A stretch of 64,000 nucleotides of DNA from positions 682,001-746,000 of the forward strand of contig JBHGNT010000002.1 of the NCBI GenBank assembly GCA_043228905.1, given 5' to 3'. The notes beneath the pieces were generated by a model, which was not told the DNA's origin, searched no databases, and saw only the letters and a program-made list of their open reading frames with translations. The translations under genes were made by a program, and so were the position numbers. Positions 47,673 through 60,199 of the stretch are shown in pieces. Positions within the stretch are counted from its first letter, which is position 1. Each line of letters starts with the position of its first letter. Source of the stretch: Azolla caroliniana (taxonomy: Eukaryota > Plantae > Polypodiophyta).

Positions 47673-50600
47673 ATGGATAGAACCCGAAGATCCTTGAATA
47701 GAAGTAAAGCAGAAGGAACCAAATTTGTGTTCAAACTCTCTTTTCAGGCTACCCGGGTATGTTTCAATGCAACCTTTATGTATTAAATTGACATTTCCAT
47801 CATAACTTCTTATTTTGTGATAAAATATTGTACAGGATTGCTATGGTATGTTTTGACGCGATCTTTATGCAATAGTTTGGCATTTTTCTAGTTAGAAACT
47901 TCTTCTGGTTTTGTGTCAAAATTTCTGTAAATTTTTTTGATGAGCTTATAGAGTGGATTTGCATTTCTGTTAAATTTGATGAAATTAGGTTTATAGAATG
48001 CCGTTGCATTTATCATAAACTTTTGCATTGTTTAATGAACTTAGGCTATAGAGTGGTGTTAAAATTTGATGCAATTTTTTATGAACCTAGATTTATAGTG
48101 GTCTTACATTCGTGATAAAATTTTGGTATAATTTCTTCTTGTCTTGCTGCAGTGGCGATAAAACTTCATGTGTTTTTGATGAACTTATAGATTTTCTCTT
48201 TCCTTGCTGAAATAAAATTTGGTGATTTTTATGCGATTACAGAGCTTGTCAGCACCTTGTTTATATATTTCTCATCTTGACTTGTTGCATTTTATTTTTT
48301 GACTTGTTGCACCTGTGACATAGATGTTTCCTTCCGTTTGGGATAAAAGTCTTGGTGCATTTGAAATGGACCATAACTTTTTTCTTGTTGCATATGAGAT
48401 AAAAAATCTCATGATTCCAATTAACTTAAGTGGATGATAACTTTTCTGGCCTTGGGGACTTTACATTTCTGATCAAATGTGTGAGTTTTTTATGAGCGTA
48501 ATTTAAAATCTGTCTACTTTGATGTCATGTAAGTTATAGCTTTTTTCTCAGCTTCTTAAATTTACAGTAAACTTTGTGTAATATTACTGATACCCCATAT
48601 ATAGACTCGGGTGAGTAGTCAATTTCCAACTAGAGTAATGTTGCCAATTTATAGGATGAATAATCATGGGCTATCTGCACTCTTTAGTAGCAAATAATAT
48701 CAAGGGTCTTTATCATTATGCTAAGGCATGTTTAAAAAAATTCGTATCCGTAGATATGAAGAAATGACATCCTCATATTTAAACTGTTGATACTACATTC
48801 TCCCTCAAGTCCCATTATTGTCCACCTTTTTCCTAATAAATCAGTGTGTGCCACTTTATATGGTACACTTGTTGAGTGACTACCTGTTAAGACAATAATA
48901 TTGGTTCACATTAACTTAAGTGGACTATGTTGACTGCTTTTTATTTTACATAGCCTTCATCAATCATGATATATGCTTGACAATTACTGTGTTTTGGAGC
49001 AACAAGCATCATAAAAATACTGTCTGGTGCAGATACCCAATTCTGGATGGGACAAACTAGTGCTTTCATTGCAATCTCTGGAAACAGGCATAATTTTGGC
49101 AACGACTCCGAAATCACTTGTCCATAATGGAACTTGCCAATGGCCGGAACCCATCATTGAATCAACAAGATTAGTAGCAGATCCCTCAACAGGAGAATAT
49201 GCAGACAAACTGTACAAGATTGTTATCCAAATGGTGAGTCCAACATGCTGGTCTCTAATATTTGTTAGAGAAAGATTTATCATATTATTTTGTTATAATG
49301 CCAATAGGTTTCTGTTCGAGTTGGCATCTTAGGAGAGGCAACAATCGATCTTTCAGATTATACTAATGCAGAGTCTACAGAATCCATTTGGTTACCTCTT
49401 GAGAATTGCAATTCCGGCAGTTTTCTGCATGTATAGCTCTTTTCTTACTTAATTTTTCTTGTGTAGATTTTTAGAAACAGAAGTGTAAGTTGTTGAGTGT
49501 AGTCAATGCCAGTGTCAAAAGCTGAATGAAGCTTTTCATGATTGGTTATGAAAACCACTTGAATCACCACAAAGAAATGACATGAAATAAAGTGTTGTAT
49601 CTTAATGTCCTCAAAAGGCTAAAGTGAGCTTTGAGACCAAAAGTTACATCCATGTATACACACCAAATCAATGCTTTCCAGTTGAGGGTGCACTTGGAAT
49701 TTTGTTGCACTTAATCTTATGTGAAGCTTCCCTCATTGAGGTGATGGGTATCTGGGATTCCTATCCAGGTCTATTAAGTATAAGAGATTGTAAACAACTA
49801 TTGATTTTGTTCCACTCTGTTCTCAGGTGAAAGTCCAATGTCTAACTCCGAGATCAGGGTTCAGGTATAGTGACATTATTCAATTTTTGCAGGTGTAATA
49901 CTACATCTATATGGAGTGGGACTTACATGAGAATGTATGTGGTGTGTCTAGAGAGACCAAAGACCAAACAACTGGTAGTTATGAACAAGAATATGCTGGT
50001 TCTGTTTCTGAGGATAACAGCAGTAATTCAGATGTTTCTGAAAATTTAACAATTGTAAGTGTTGGATCCTCATCAACCCAAAACATGTCTGTTCGGACAC
50101 ATGGGTCACATCAGGTAAGACAGTTATTGTCAGTTACAGTATTTACAGTGTGTCAAGGACGATCCAAGTGATATACGCTTATGGATTTTCTGATATTGCT
50201 TTCCAGACAATAAGAGGCACCACATGGAATTTCTTTTCAAAGGTGAGACACCCCAAATGTACAAATTTACTGTGGTGGATTCAAATATCACAGGTAACTA
50301 ACCAATGTGTTTGCATTGTAGGATGGATCTTCCAGCATGGATAGCTCACTTCATGGGATTGATGGTAACAATGGACATCTCAATTCCCATATAGCTATGC
50401 AAAATGGATCCAGAAGTTTGAAAAGTTTTTCTCAGAAACTAGAATCTGCAGAAGCAACGATTCAAGAATTGCGAGAAGAGGTTTCTAAGTGGGAAAGGCA
50501 GGCACGGAAACTTAGTGCCGACATGGGGATTTTGAAACAGCAACTTACAGCTGAGTCTAAGAATGGGGCTGATTTGAAAAATGAGATATTAGCCAAGAAA

Positions 50601-53600
50601 GCTGAATGTGATAGTTTAAGATCAGAACTAGAACAAAAGAAGATCGCAAGAGTGGCTAGCAAGGATAATTATAGCAGGTGGGAAATGGATGATTCCAAAT
50701 GGCAGATTAATATGCTACAGGAGCAAGTGGCCTATCAAAAGGAACTGAATGCTGACTTACATTTACAGCTCAGTAAGATGCATGATTCTAATGGAGAACT
50801 TGTCGCTGTTGTGAAGGATCTTGAAGATTCTTTAGATGCAAAAACCACTGAAGTTGATAAGCTTAAAGAAGTGAATCAAGAGTTATTAGAGGAACTTTCT
50901 GAATATCATGATTCAACTGAATCTCATGGCATCATTATAGGCAATACAGAAGATAAGCAGATCAAGGATAACCTAAAATTTAAGAAGAAGCTGAAAGAAA
51001 AAGATCTAGAGACCAAGAGGAAGATGTCAAAATTGAGGAGTATAGAGGGTGGAACTAGGAAGACCCAAGTCAAGGGAGAGAATTCAGATGAATTATTGAA
51101 GACAATTGAGATATTGAGGAAGAAAATGGAAGAGCAAGAAATGGACTGTAAGGAGCTTACAGATGAGAATATTGAGCTTCATTACAGGCTTAATAAAGCT
51201 AGTAAGGATCTAGAATCTAAGATTGAGATTATTTCTGAGCTTCAACGAGCACATGAAGGATCAATTTCTGATGCGTTGCAAGAATCTTTTGGCAGTAAGT
51301 CACCAGGAAGAAGAGATTCTATTATTAAACCAGAGCTGCAAGTAGAAGAGATCAATAGGCAAAAGCAGAGCTTGGAAGAACTGGTATGTACGCTAGAAAG
51401 AGAGAAAAGGGATTTAGAATTGCGGTGCCAGGCTCTGTCAGAGGAGAGGGCTAGGTCAGAAGCAACTAACATCGAGGCATCCAAGCATCATGATGGCATG
51501 AAGGCTGATGCCAGAAAACATGTGTCTGAAATTGACAAGCTTCTCCGTCAACTTGCAGATAATGACGCTGATAAGAAAAACTTAGAAGTACTATTGTCTG
51601 AAACTAGTGGAAATAATACTTTACTGAATGAGAAACTCCAAGAGTTGACACAGGATCTGGCAGAAAGCAAGGCCAATATAAGGCAACTGGAAGCATTGTT
51701 ATCAGATTCTAATAGTTGCAAGGTTTCGCTGGAGATGAAAATTGAAGATTTGATGCAGGAATCAGCTAATAATGTATCAAAGATGGAGATGGAGAAAGCT
51801 GATTTGAAGAAAAAATTGGATGAGACTCAGTATGATAATGAAACTGCTAAAGAAAGGCTTGATCAATTACTGCAGGATTTGGAAGCTTCAAGGAATACAG
51901 TGGATGCACTATCAGATGCAAAAATAACATCAGAGAAAACAGTGCTAAAGATTGTTGATGAAAAAAAAGAATTGGAAGCTCGAATCCTTCAGTTGGACAA
52001 GATAAATCTGGAATTGTCTGAAAGAATATCAATTCTTGACACACAGGTTAGGAATGTGAGTGAAGAAAGAGATTGTTACCGTCAGCAGCTGGAAATTGCT
52101 AATATTAAGATTTTTCACAATCAAAATGAAATCAAGGATCTGGGATCTCATCAATCTCTTCTTGAGCAAAAATTGCGAGATAAAACTAGTGAATACATCC
52201 TGATGCAAGAGAAACTTGTTACTGCTGAATCTCAGAAGACACAGCAACAGCAAGAATTCGACATTAACAAACAAGCACAAAGAATAGAAATACAGTCTCT
52301 TCTTAGTCAAAAAGAAAATGCTGAGCATCGTGTAATCAGGGCCGAAGAAGAATTGTTCCTGCTTCAGAAGAAGAAGGATGATGAATTAATTCATTTAGAA
52401 AGTAAGATTGCTCAGCTAACCTTGGCTATGAATGAAAAAGAGAAATTGGACTTGGTTGCAGTTACAGAACTCCGTGCAGAGAAAACAGTGATGGAGTTTT
52501 CTCTAAAGCTCATGATCAAAAAACTTCAAGATCTAGAAAGTGAATTATCTACCTTGCACAAGGATTCAGGCACCAGCATTGACAAGATGGTTAGAAAACT
52601 TGATGCATCATTAACATCTTGTAATAACCTGAAACAGAAGCTAAAACTATTGCGGGGACAGCTGGAAAGTCAAGAGAAAGAAAAGATTGAGATTGTAGAA
52701 AAGGTTGAGATATTGGAAAATGAGCTTAAACATAAGGTTGATGCATTGTCAGAAATAGAACAAAGATTATTAAATGCTAAAGTTCTTGCTGGGAACACTA
52801 TTGAACTGCAGGAGCGATGTCAGCAGCTAGAAGTAAGGATACCTTTTTTAACCGTGTTGTTCTTGCTGCTGTTTTAATAATTTATTTATTTCTAGGTGTT
52901 GTTGATGGTGCTAGGATGATGCTAAAGCTAATAAAGAACTGTTGATCATTCGTGAAAAAGAGTTTGCACAAAAAGAAACTGACCTATGCCAACAGATTGA
53001 GAGTCTAGAGATGATAAATGAGCAGCTTGAAAATGGAATAGATGACTCAGAGGCAGATCAATTGAAACATGAGGTTTTTCTATCAGTTTTCACTCTGCAT
53101 TGAATCTTTTAGACAAATAGAGCCATATATTTTCTGATATCTGCCTATTTTTCAATAGCTAATACGTCTGCAAACTCAAAATTCATGCCTCTCAAGACGA
53201 GAGCAGGAACTCCTTTCAGCTATGCACACACAAGAGGTTCTTGAAGAGGAAGTAAAGCGATTGCAAGAGGTGCATACCCCTTGTTATAGCCATATATCCA
53301 TCTATATGCATAAATAAAATCGTTTTTTTATAATTTGCTATATGCTTACATGAAAACGGTTGTCTATGCAGTCTAACGACCTGGTGGAAGCACGCCTATC
53401 AAAATTTATTGAAACGGCCAAGAGTCCTTTTCTGTTGGAGAAGTTAGTGAGTTTAGAGACAGAACTTGCAGAAGCAGTGGAAGCAAACAATATGTATAAG
53501 GAGCAGCTGAGAAGGTATTCATTTTAGAGCTCCAAATCAATATGAAGGAAACATTAATTGATGCAAAATGCAGATTAAAACTTGACTTGATTATTAAAAT

Positions 53601-56600
53601 TTACTGTAAGAATGACACAAATAAGGAGCAGCTGAGAAGGTATTCATTTTAGAGCTCCAAATCAATATTAAGGAAACATTAATTGATGCAAAATGCAGAT
53701 TAAAACTTGACTTGATTATTAAAATTTACTGTAAGAATGAAACAAATAAGGAGCAGCTGAGAAGGTTTCATCAACAGCTAGGATTTAGTCCACCATCATC
53801 TTTTCTGGTTCAAAACAGATATTTGACATGGGTAAACATGTCTGAGTTTATGGTACAGAGCTAGTTGCCCTTGCATCATGCTATTGTTTGAATGGTGGCC
53901 TCCTCAGACTATTGTGACATGATTTGTTGAGAGCAAAGATAAAGCTATTCCTGTTCTTTTTACCAGTGCACTTCTAGTAACTCCATGCATCAGATACAGC
54001 TTATGTACTAGGTATGCAGATCTTTTAGCTCACCACTGCAAGTGGGACAAACAGTACATCTGTTCTCAGTTCAATGTTGGTTTTAAGGTTGCAATCTTAA
54101 GGATTTTGTTTGAAGAAGAGCATGAGGATGTCCTCATTTCGATGGTGCTTCTGTTACAGAATGCATTCTTCGCTTAGTTCCAGGGATTCTCTCGTAAAAT
54201 TCTTCTTCATACCTCTATCTGAAGCTGTTAATGGATGATTCCCTCTGTTAATGCATTTCGCTTTTTATTTGGGTCTTTATGGGCGTTAATGTGAAGTGAA
54301 CTTGTTCTAGTGATTATGTGATTGCCTCCACCTTCAGGTTACTTGTGGCTTTTTTCAGATGTTCACTTGTTCTTCTCAGCAATCTTTTAGCTACACATAT
54401 TCTGGATTTTTGTTGACCAATAACTTTAACATTTTTCCACGGCCCCATGATTTGACTTGCTGATGGTATAATCAGCAAATCCACTTCGACATAGCTGTGT
54501 ATATGTCTCCATCTCTAATTGAAGTGAAGGATTCATGAACTACAGTCTGGAACAAACGAGAGGTGCATTTGTCCTTATATAATATAGTGAGCAATCTTCC
54601 AACCAAATGGTATTGTGGGTCTGATCATGTTCTTTTGTCCACTTCAATGATACAGTATATCAGTTTGAATCCAAGCTATATACCTTTGATTCAAACTGAA
54701 AATGCATATATACTGTACTTCAGAATGAGTCTCCTGTTCTGCCAGTTGCTTTTATGAAGCGTTTGTCAATCTTGAGTACCTTTGCCTTGGGATCTTCCAT
54801 GAGCGTTGGATATATGTCCTTCTAGGAACAGTTCCTTGGTAATTACTGGGGCTGCTCCCATCTTAGAGCACACTATCACATGAGGCATTTATGGTTTACT
54901 GCGTATCACAACAGTAATCCTCTTAAACAAATGGCTCTTCAAATCTCTCCACTTTATGTTTGTGAGATAATGAGAGTCTGTCTGAGAAGGGTTCACAACT
55001 TTGTCTGTGGTTCTTCAAACTGTATATCTGCACTGTTGGTCTCAAGGGATCATCATGTAAACCGAGAAAAGGGTTTGGGCAAGAAATATATTGAAGACCG
55101 AAACTCTGTGAGTTCTTCTTGAATGTGACATTTTCTGCGGTTCTTCAAACAATATATGTGCACAGCTGGTGTTAAGCGATTATCGTTTATAGTGAGAGAA
55201 GGGTTTCATGCGAGAAGTATATAGAAGAAGCACAACTGTCTGGATCTGTATATGTGCATATTGTCTCTCAAGGGCATTGATGATCACTTTGGTTCTATTG
55301 ATGTTTATTCTGTACTAGACATCATTGTTGCCCGTCGAGTATCGGAAATCAGCACAATATCATCAGCGTATATGTGGATCAAAATAGTGCCTTGATCCAC
55401 CCAATTTCTCTATGTAGTGAAATACCTCATCTATATAAAAACCTTAAATATTGGGTAACAGTACATTTTTGTTTCACACCAATCCTGCAAACTGCTAATT
55501 CTGACAACCCATTAGGATTGCTGATCTTTTCTTATGCTGATTCATATAGCGTGTAGATTCCACATTGCAGAGGACATGTAGTCTCTGCATCAGGTGAGCA
55601 GGTGTACCACACAAATACCTCTTGGAAGTTTGCAAGGGAACAATAGATTATCCTCTTATGAGCTGTAACTTCATCAATAAAGGGTAGGAGGGTCAATATG
55701 TGATCTAAGGCTATTAATATCTTCTTCCAACATGCAAACTTGCTCCTCCTGAGTGACATGCATTCCTCTCTGGTTGTAGATTCAATAATGACTCTAGAAT
55801 CGAGCAATATAGTTTGATCAACTTGTTTCAATCATGATTAGCCAGTCATTTGTTGATTATCGTGGGATCCCTCCACTCATGAAAACTGGTACAATAATAT
55901 GTTATGTCTCGATAGCAGGAGAATTGCTCTATGAAGATGTGTATAAGAATCAAAATCAAGGGGTTAGGAATGTGTACAAATATGCTCAGCTACTACTCCA
56001 TGACAATCTTGTGCCTTTCCAAATAGTAGGAATCAATTGCAGTCATATGTAAGATAGAAAAGTTGAATTGTCTGGTTTTCACTGGAATATCATATAATGC
56101 CTACGTCTTCATGCCAAGCCTTGTATGACGTTATCATATTCCCTGACCTTCCTTAGCCAGTAATGCATACTAAGAGTGTCTGCCAATATATGTGTAAAGT
56201 CGGATCAGGGCCAATGGAGGTTTGTCTTCTATTAGAAGACGGTGTATCTTTTCTGTGTGACTCCCATCTTTTTCTCAAGGAAAGATGTACCTCAGATAGT
56301 GGTAGAAGATGTTCCTGGAGCCACCAACATTGTAATCAAATTCACTGAGAAGGTTATATGTAAGCACAATCAACTGCCACTCAGATGGACCTAAATGAGA
56401 CCGAGAGATCCTCGAGACAAACTGTAATCCAGAATGCTAGTTCTGTGTCAGTGCGGAAAGCAAGTAAAACTGCTTGAAACCATTGAAAATGGCCAATTCG
56501 CCTATGGTACCCATCTCAGTCACAGTGGAGAACCTGGTTTTATGTTTACATGTGTGTGTGTGTGTGCGCGCGCGCATTACAGTACTAAGTAGAGGGTTTT

Positions 56601-56992
56601 TCTTACGAAATGTGAAACTGCACATTGTATCATGGCAAGAGAACTGCATTTTTTTCGTTCAGCTCCAGTAGCGATCCTGTTTTTATGTCTGAAAAGATAT
56701 CATCTTTGTAAAAAGATTTAAATTCAAAACTATTAATGTATTTTTCTATAAGATGGGAAACTGAAGATTGCTTCATATAAGAGAAACACAAATATATTTT
56801 CTTTTTTGCAGCATCTTTGAGGAGCACCAGAATGATCTTGATGAAGCGATGAACTACAAAAAGGAAATGGTAGAACTTAAAGAACAACTGCGTGTTATGC
56901 ATGAACGGTACAGCCTTGTAAGCCTTCAGCTTGCCGAAACCGAAGCAGAAAAGGGTGAGCTCCAGATGCGTATACGACGAGAATTTAGATAA
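47673..56992 (+). CDS. NT-C2 (EEIG1/EHBP1 N-terminal C2) domain, myosin-heavy-chain-like coiled-coil protein, ~1249 aa; exons 47673-47756, 49033-49233, 49308-49430, 49827-49864, 49952-50114, 50207-50242, 50322-52832, 52915-53073, 53159-53269, 53372-53514, 56812-56992
   Basis: Phase-consistent GT-AG model. N-terminal FKLSFQAT|IPNSGWDKLVLS...NGTCQWPEPIIESTR...YKIVI...GILGEATIDLSDY...LPLENCNSGSFLHVKVQCL. Family motifs AEATIQELR, ELNADLHLQLSKMHDSNGELV, DCKELTDENIEL, LETELAEAVEANNMYK, MHERYSLVSLQLAETEAE. The small exon 50207-50242 is less certain. Confidence 0.88.
53496..53766. repeat. Recent 125-bp tandem duplication (2.2 copies) spanning a splice donor
   Basis: Units start at 53496, 53621 and 53746 (ataaggagcagctgagaaggt...) and are near-identical. 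Confidence 0.92.
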
Positions 56993-58168
56993 TTATTATA
57001 TATTTTTCCTTTTACCCCCTTTTGTATACACCTATTTTTCATCATCAAGCCCAATCAGGTTCATATAGTGATACTTTTGTACAAAAAAGGTAATCATCAA
57101 AACCTCTTCAGGTATATTCTTTCATGTAAAGTAAATACTGAAAGCTTGAACATTACTAATGACTTTTGGATTTCTTCTGTATTTTGATTAGGAAAATTCT
57201 TGTCAACCAAACATATATTACTGTATTCGTTAGCATTATGATTTGTGAAAAGCGAACATGGAAGAGTTTACCCTGTAAATAACACTTTTGGATGAAGTAA
57301 TTAAAAGCATTCGGATTATTTCCCACTGTAAGCTTTGCTTCCCTTGATTTGTCTCCCATTCCTTTTTACCATATGGTAATAGTTTTAGTGGTTCGTCAAT
57401 CTACTATTGCAATAACAATTGGCTAATGGTTTTATGATAAATAGAGAATGAATAGTGGGAGAATTTGTTTCTAATAATATTTTAATAATGCTGTACTAAT
57501 TTGGCAAAATGGTGGAGGACAGAATTTTCGCCACCGTTCTGGAATATACTTAAATTATGTTCATGTCTTCAAAGAGGTTGGCTGAAATATGAAAATTATT
57601 ATGTGGTCATCCTCTTAAGACTTCATTCACCTTTGTCGTGCCTCACTAAAACATCTGAAATCGTCTTGTAAACTTCATAATATAACTTAACATCTTCTAC
57701 CATATTTTCGTATGATGCTTGCATCTATACTCATCTCATCTTTGTGGGTAGTTAGTATACACTACAATGCTAGCTAGCATTGTGTAGCATGTTTGTTAGC
57801 ATTGAAATTTTCTCGTTTGTGATCGTGATTCATATATCATCACTTGGGAAATCTCATGTTTGTTTTCACTAGCTTGCAATAGCATTCACTTTGCAAGCCA
57901 TCAATTTTGCAGCTATGTTATATCATTTTGTTTTGCACACACGAGAATCATGCCTTCCCCCCAACTCTTAAGATATTGTGCTCTTGGTTGCCTTTCAATG
58001 GTATTTATGTTATGAATACCACGATGGGAAAGCCCAATGCCACCATTTGTTAATAAACAATGGATATTAAAAGCTATATCTCCATCTTTATCTATGTGTT
58101 GCTTATCAATTCTTTGTGTAAACTGTTTATTTTTCTCAGCTATTAACAATAAAAAATAAAAGGGTATG

Positions 58169-58442
58169 CAAGTTCCAACTACTACGGATTGTGAAGGGTG
58201 AAAGTAACAACAAGAGCTTTTTGAACGTTTAAAGGACATACATTAAGACCTCAATGTAGAACAACTTGATATGTTGGTACAATTTAAGTTCTAGAAGATA
58301 CTATTCAAGTTCCAACTACTAAGGATTGTGAAGGGTGAAAGTCACAACAAGAGCTTTTTGAACGTTTAAAGAACACACATTAAGACCTCAGTGTAGAACA
58401 ATTTGTTATGTTGGTACAATTTAAGTTTTGGAAGATACTATT
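58169..58442. repeat. 137-bp tandem duplication (2 copies)
   Basis: Units start at 58169 and 58306 (caagttccaactacta.ggattgtgaagggtgaaagt...gaagatactatt). Confidence 0.9.
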
Positions 58443-59233
58443 GCATGTATGATATTTTAGGATCAAGGCACAATAGGAAAGTTGAGGATGTTCATTATTG
58501 AGTGTGGCACCATAGTATTCTAATGAAACGATGCAATCATATCGAGTAACATATTGTTAGTGTTTGATTACTTCCGAAAGAACTTTTTGTATTGACCTAA
58601 AGGCCCCTTTGCACAATTCATCTTTTACTCATACTCCAATAGTCAAACTTTTTACAGTTTTTATTTTCACTTTTGCATAAAGATTTAGCTTCATCTTTTA
58701 CGAGTCCCATATTCGCACCTCATTGAATGCAAAATCATTTTCTTTTCCACTTAATTCACACCTTTACACTTTCTCATATCCACTAACCTTTACTTCTTCC
58801 ATCCATTTTATATACGCCTTTTGTTCCCAATTTTGAAAATCAATAAAGCATCGGTTTGCATTTTCAAAAGGCAACCCTTATCATTAAAATTTACATGTAT
58901 CAAAGAGCTCAAAGGGGTTATGGCAAATAAAATATATGATATATGATAAGTCTTGACAAAGAAGGAAAGCATTGGTTACAATTCTTTGGTTTACAACAAC
59001 ATGATAAATATGAGAATAACCTATGACAAATTCAAGACAAGGTCTTTCAAGAGCAAGATTTGGTCTATGATGAGGCAATGTCCATATCATATTAGCTAGC
59101 ATTTGACAACATATAAAAAATTAAGTATGAAAAATTGCCAATGGGAGCCTATTTAGATATACTCACCATGTTATATCCCTACTCATGTAAACCTAATGAT
59201 TTGGTGGGAATGTAAGTGTGAAAGAGCTCCAAT

Positions 59234-60199
59234 TCGGTAAAAATGGGTAGAGAATTGCTGAGGGGTGTGGTTGTTACACCAACCTCTTGTAAATTTTGGA
59301 GATTTGGTAATGTACCAGACTCTTGGTTGAATGCTTGTTGGAAATGGCTATGGGCCATGCAAATTCCTAAAAAATTTGTGTCATTTAGATGGTTGTTGAT
59401 ACATTATGGCATTCCTGTAAAGTCATGGATGCAGGGGCATTGCCATGATTTAAAATGTGATAGTTGTGGTTCTCCCATTGAATTGGTTTACCATGTTTTA
59501 TGGATATGTCTTATTGCTAGAGCACTTTGGAAAAGAATGATGTATCCTATTTATGGTAAACAAGTGTACACATGGGGTTTCGTGAGATGGGGAAGATTGG
59601 CTGAAGAAATATAGAACTATGAAACGGAGTACGTTGATTTTCTTCTCCTCTCTGATGGAAGACATGTATAGCAAGTATCTTATACTACAACAATCCGTTG
59701 CTTGGAAGAGGACAATGTCTGGTCTACAATATCTTCTTTAGTGGTTTGGGTATTGTGGAAGGCTAGATGTAAATGTGTATTTCAGAAAGTCAAACAGAAT
59801 GTGGTTGAGTTAGTCAAGGAGATATGGTTAATGCTCTTACATACTCTAAGAGGTCAATATGAGGCAATAACTGGTGAGCCTGATGTTGTGTTTTGTAAAC
59901 AACAATAATTTTGAGAAATTTGGAAAAAGGCAAAGGTCTTTAGCTCTTTTGGAGAGTGAATAAAGTGGAGATATGCTCCACCAAGATGGTTTTTTCTTAC
60001 CCCCTCTTGAAACAACCCTACATGAGGGCTTTTGATACTCGACATGTTGGTTGATGTGGGTATGAGGGTTATAATCTATTGTATGAATTCGTTGTAGCCT
60101 TTGGGTCTCTTTCCATTAATACCAAGGTGATTTTATTTTTTTTATTTTTTTATTTTTTTATTTTTTTTTATTTTTTTTATTTTTTTTAAAATTTTTTTA
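59234..60199 (+). mobile_element. 5'-truncated L1-clade LINE 3' end (zf-RVT region) with 20-bp TSD
   Basis: Peptides WKWLWAMQIPKK..FRWLLIH...C..CGSPIELVYHVLWIC..ARALW and VWVLWKARC. TSD aagtgtgaaagag(c/t)tccaat at 59214-59233 and 60200-60219. Confidence 0.82.

Noticed and set aside
53496-58442. CRISPR-like arrays from the direct repeats
   Set aside because: Units are 125-137-bp tandem duplications without unique spacers, in a eukaryotic context with no cas genes.
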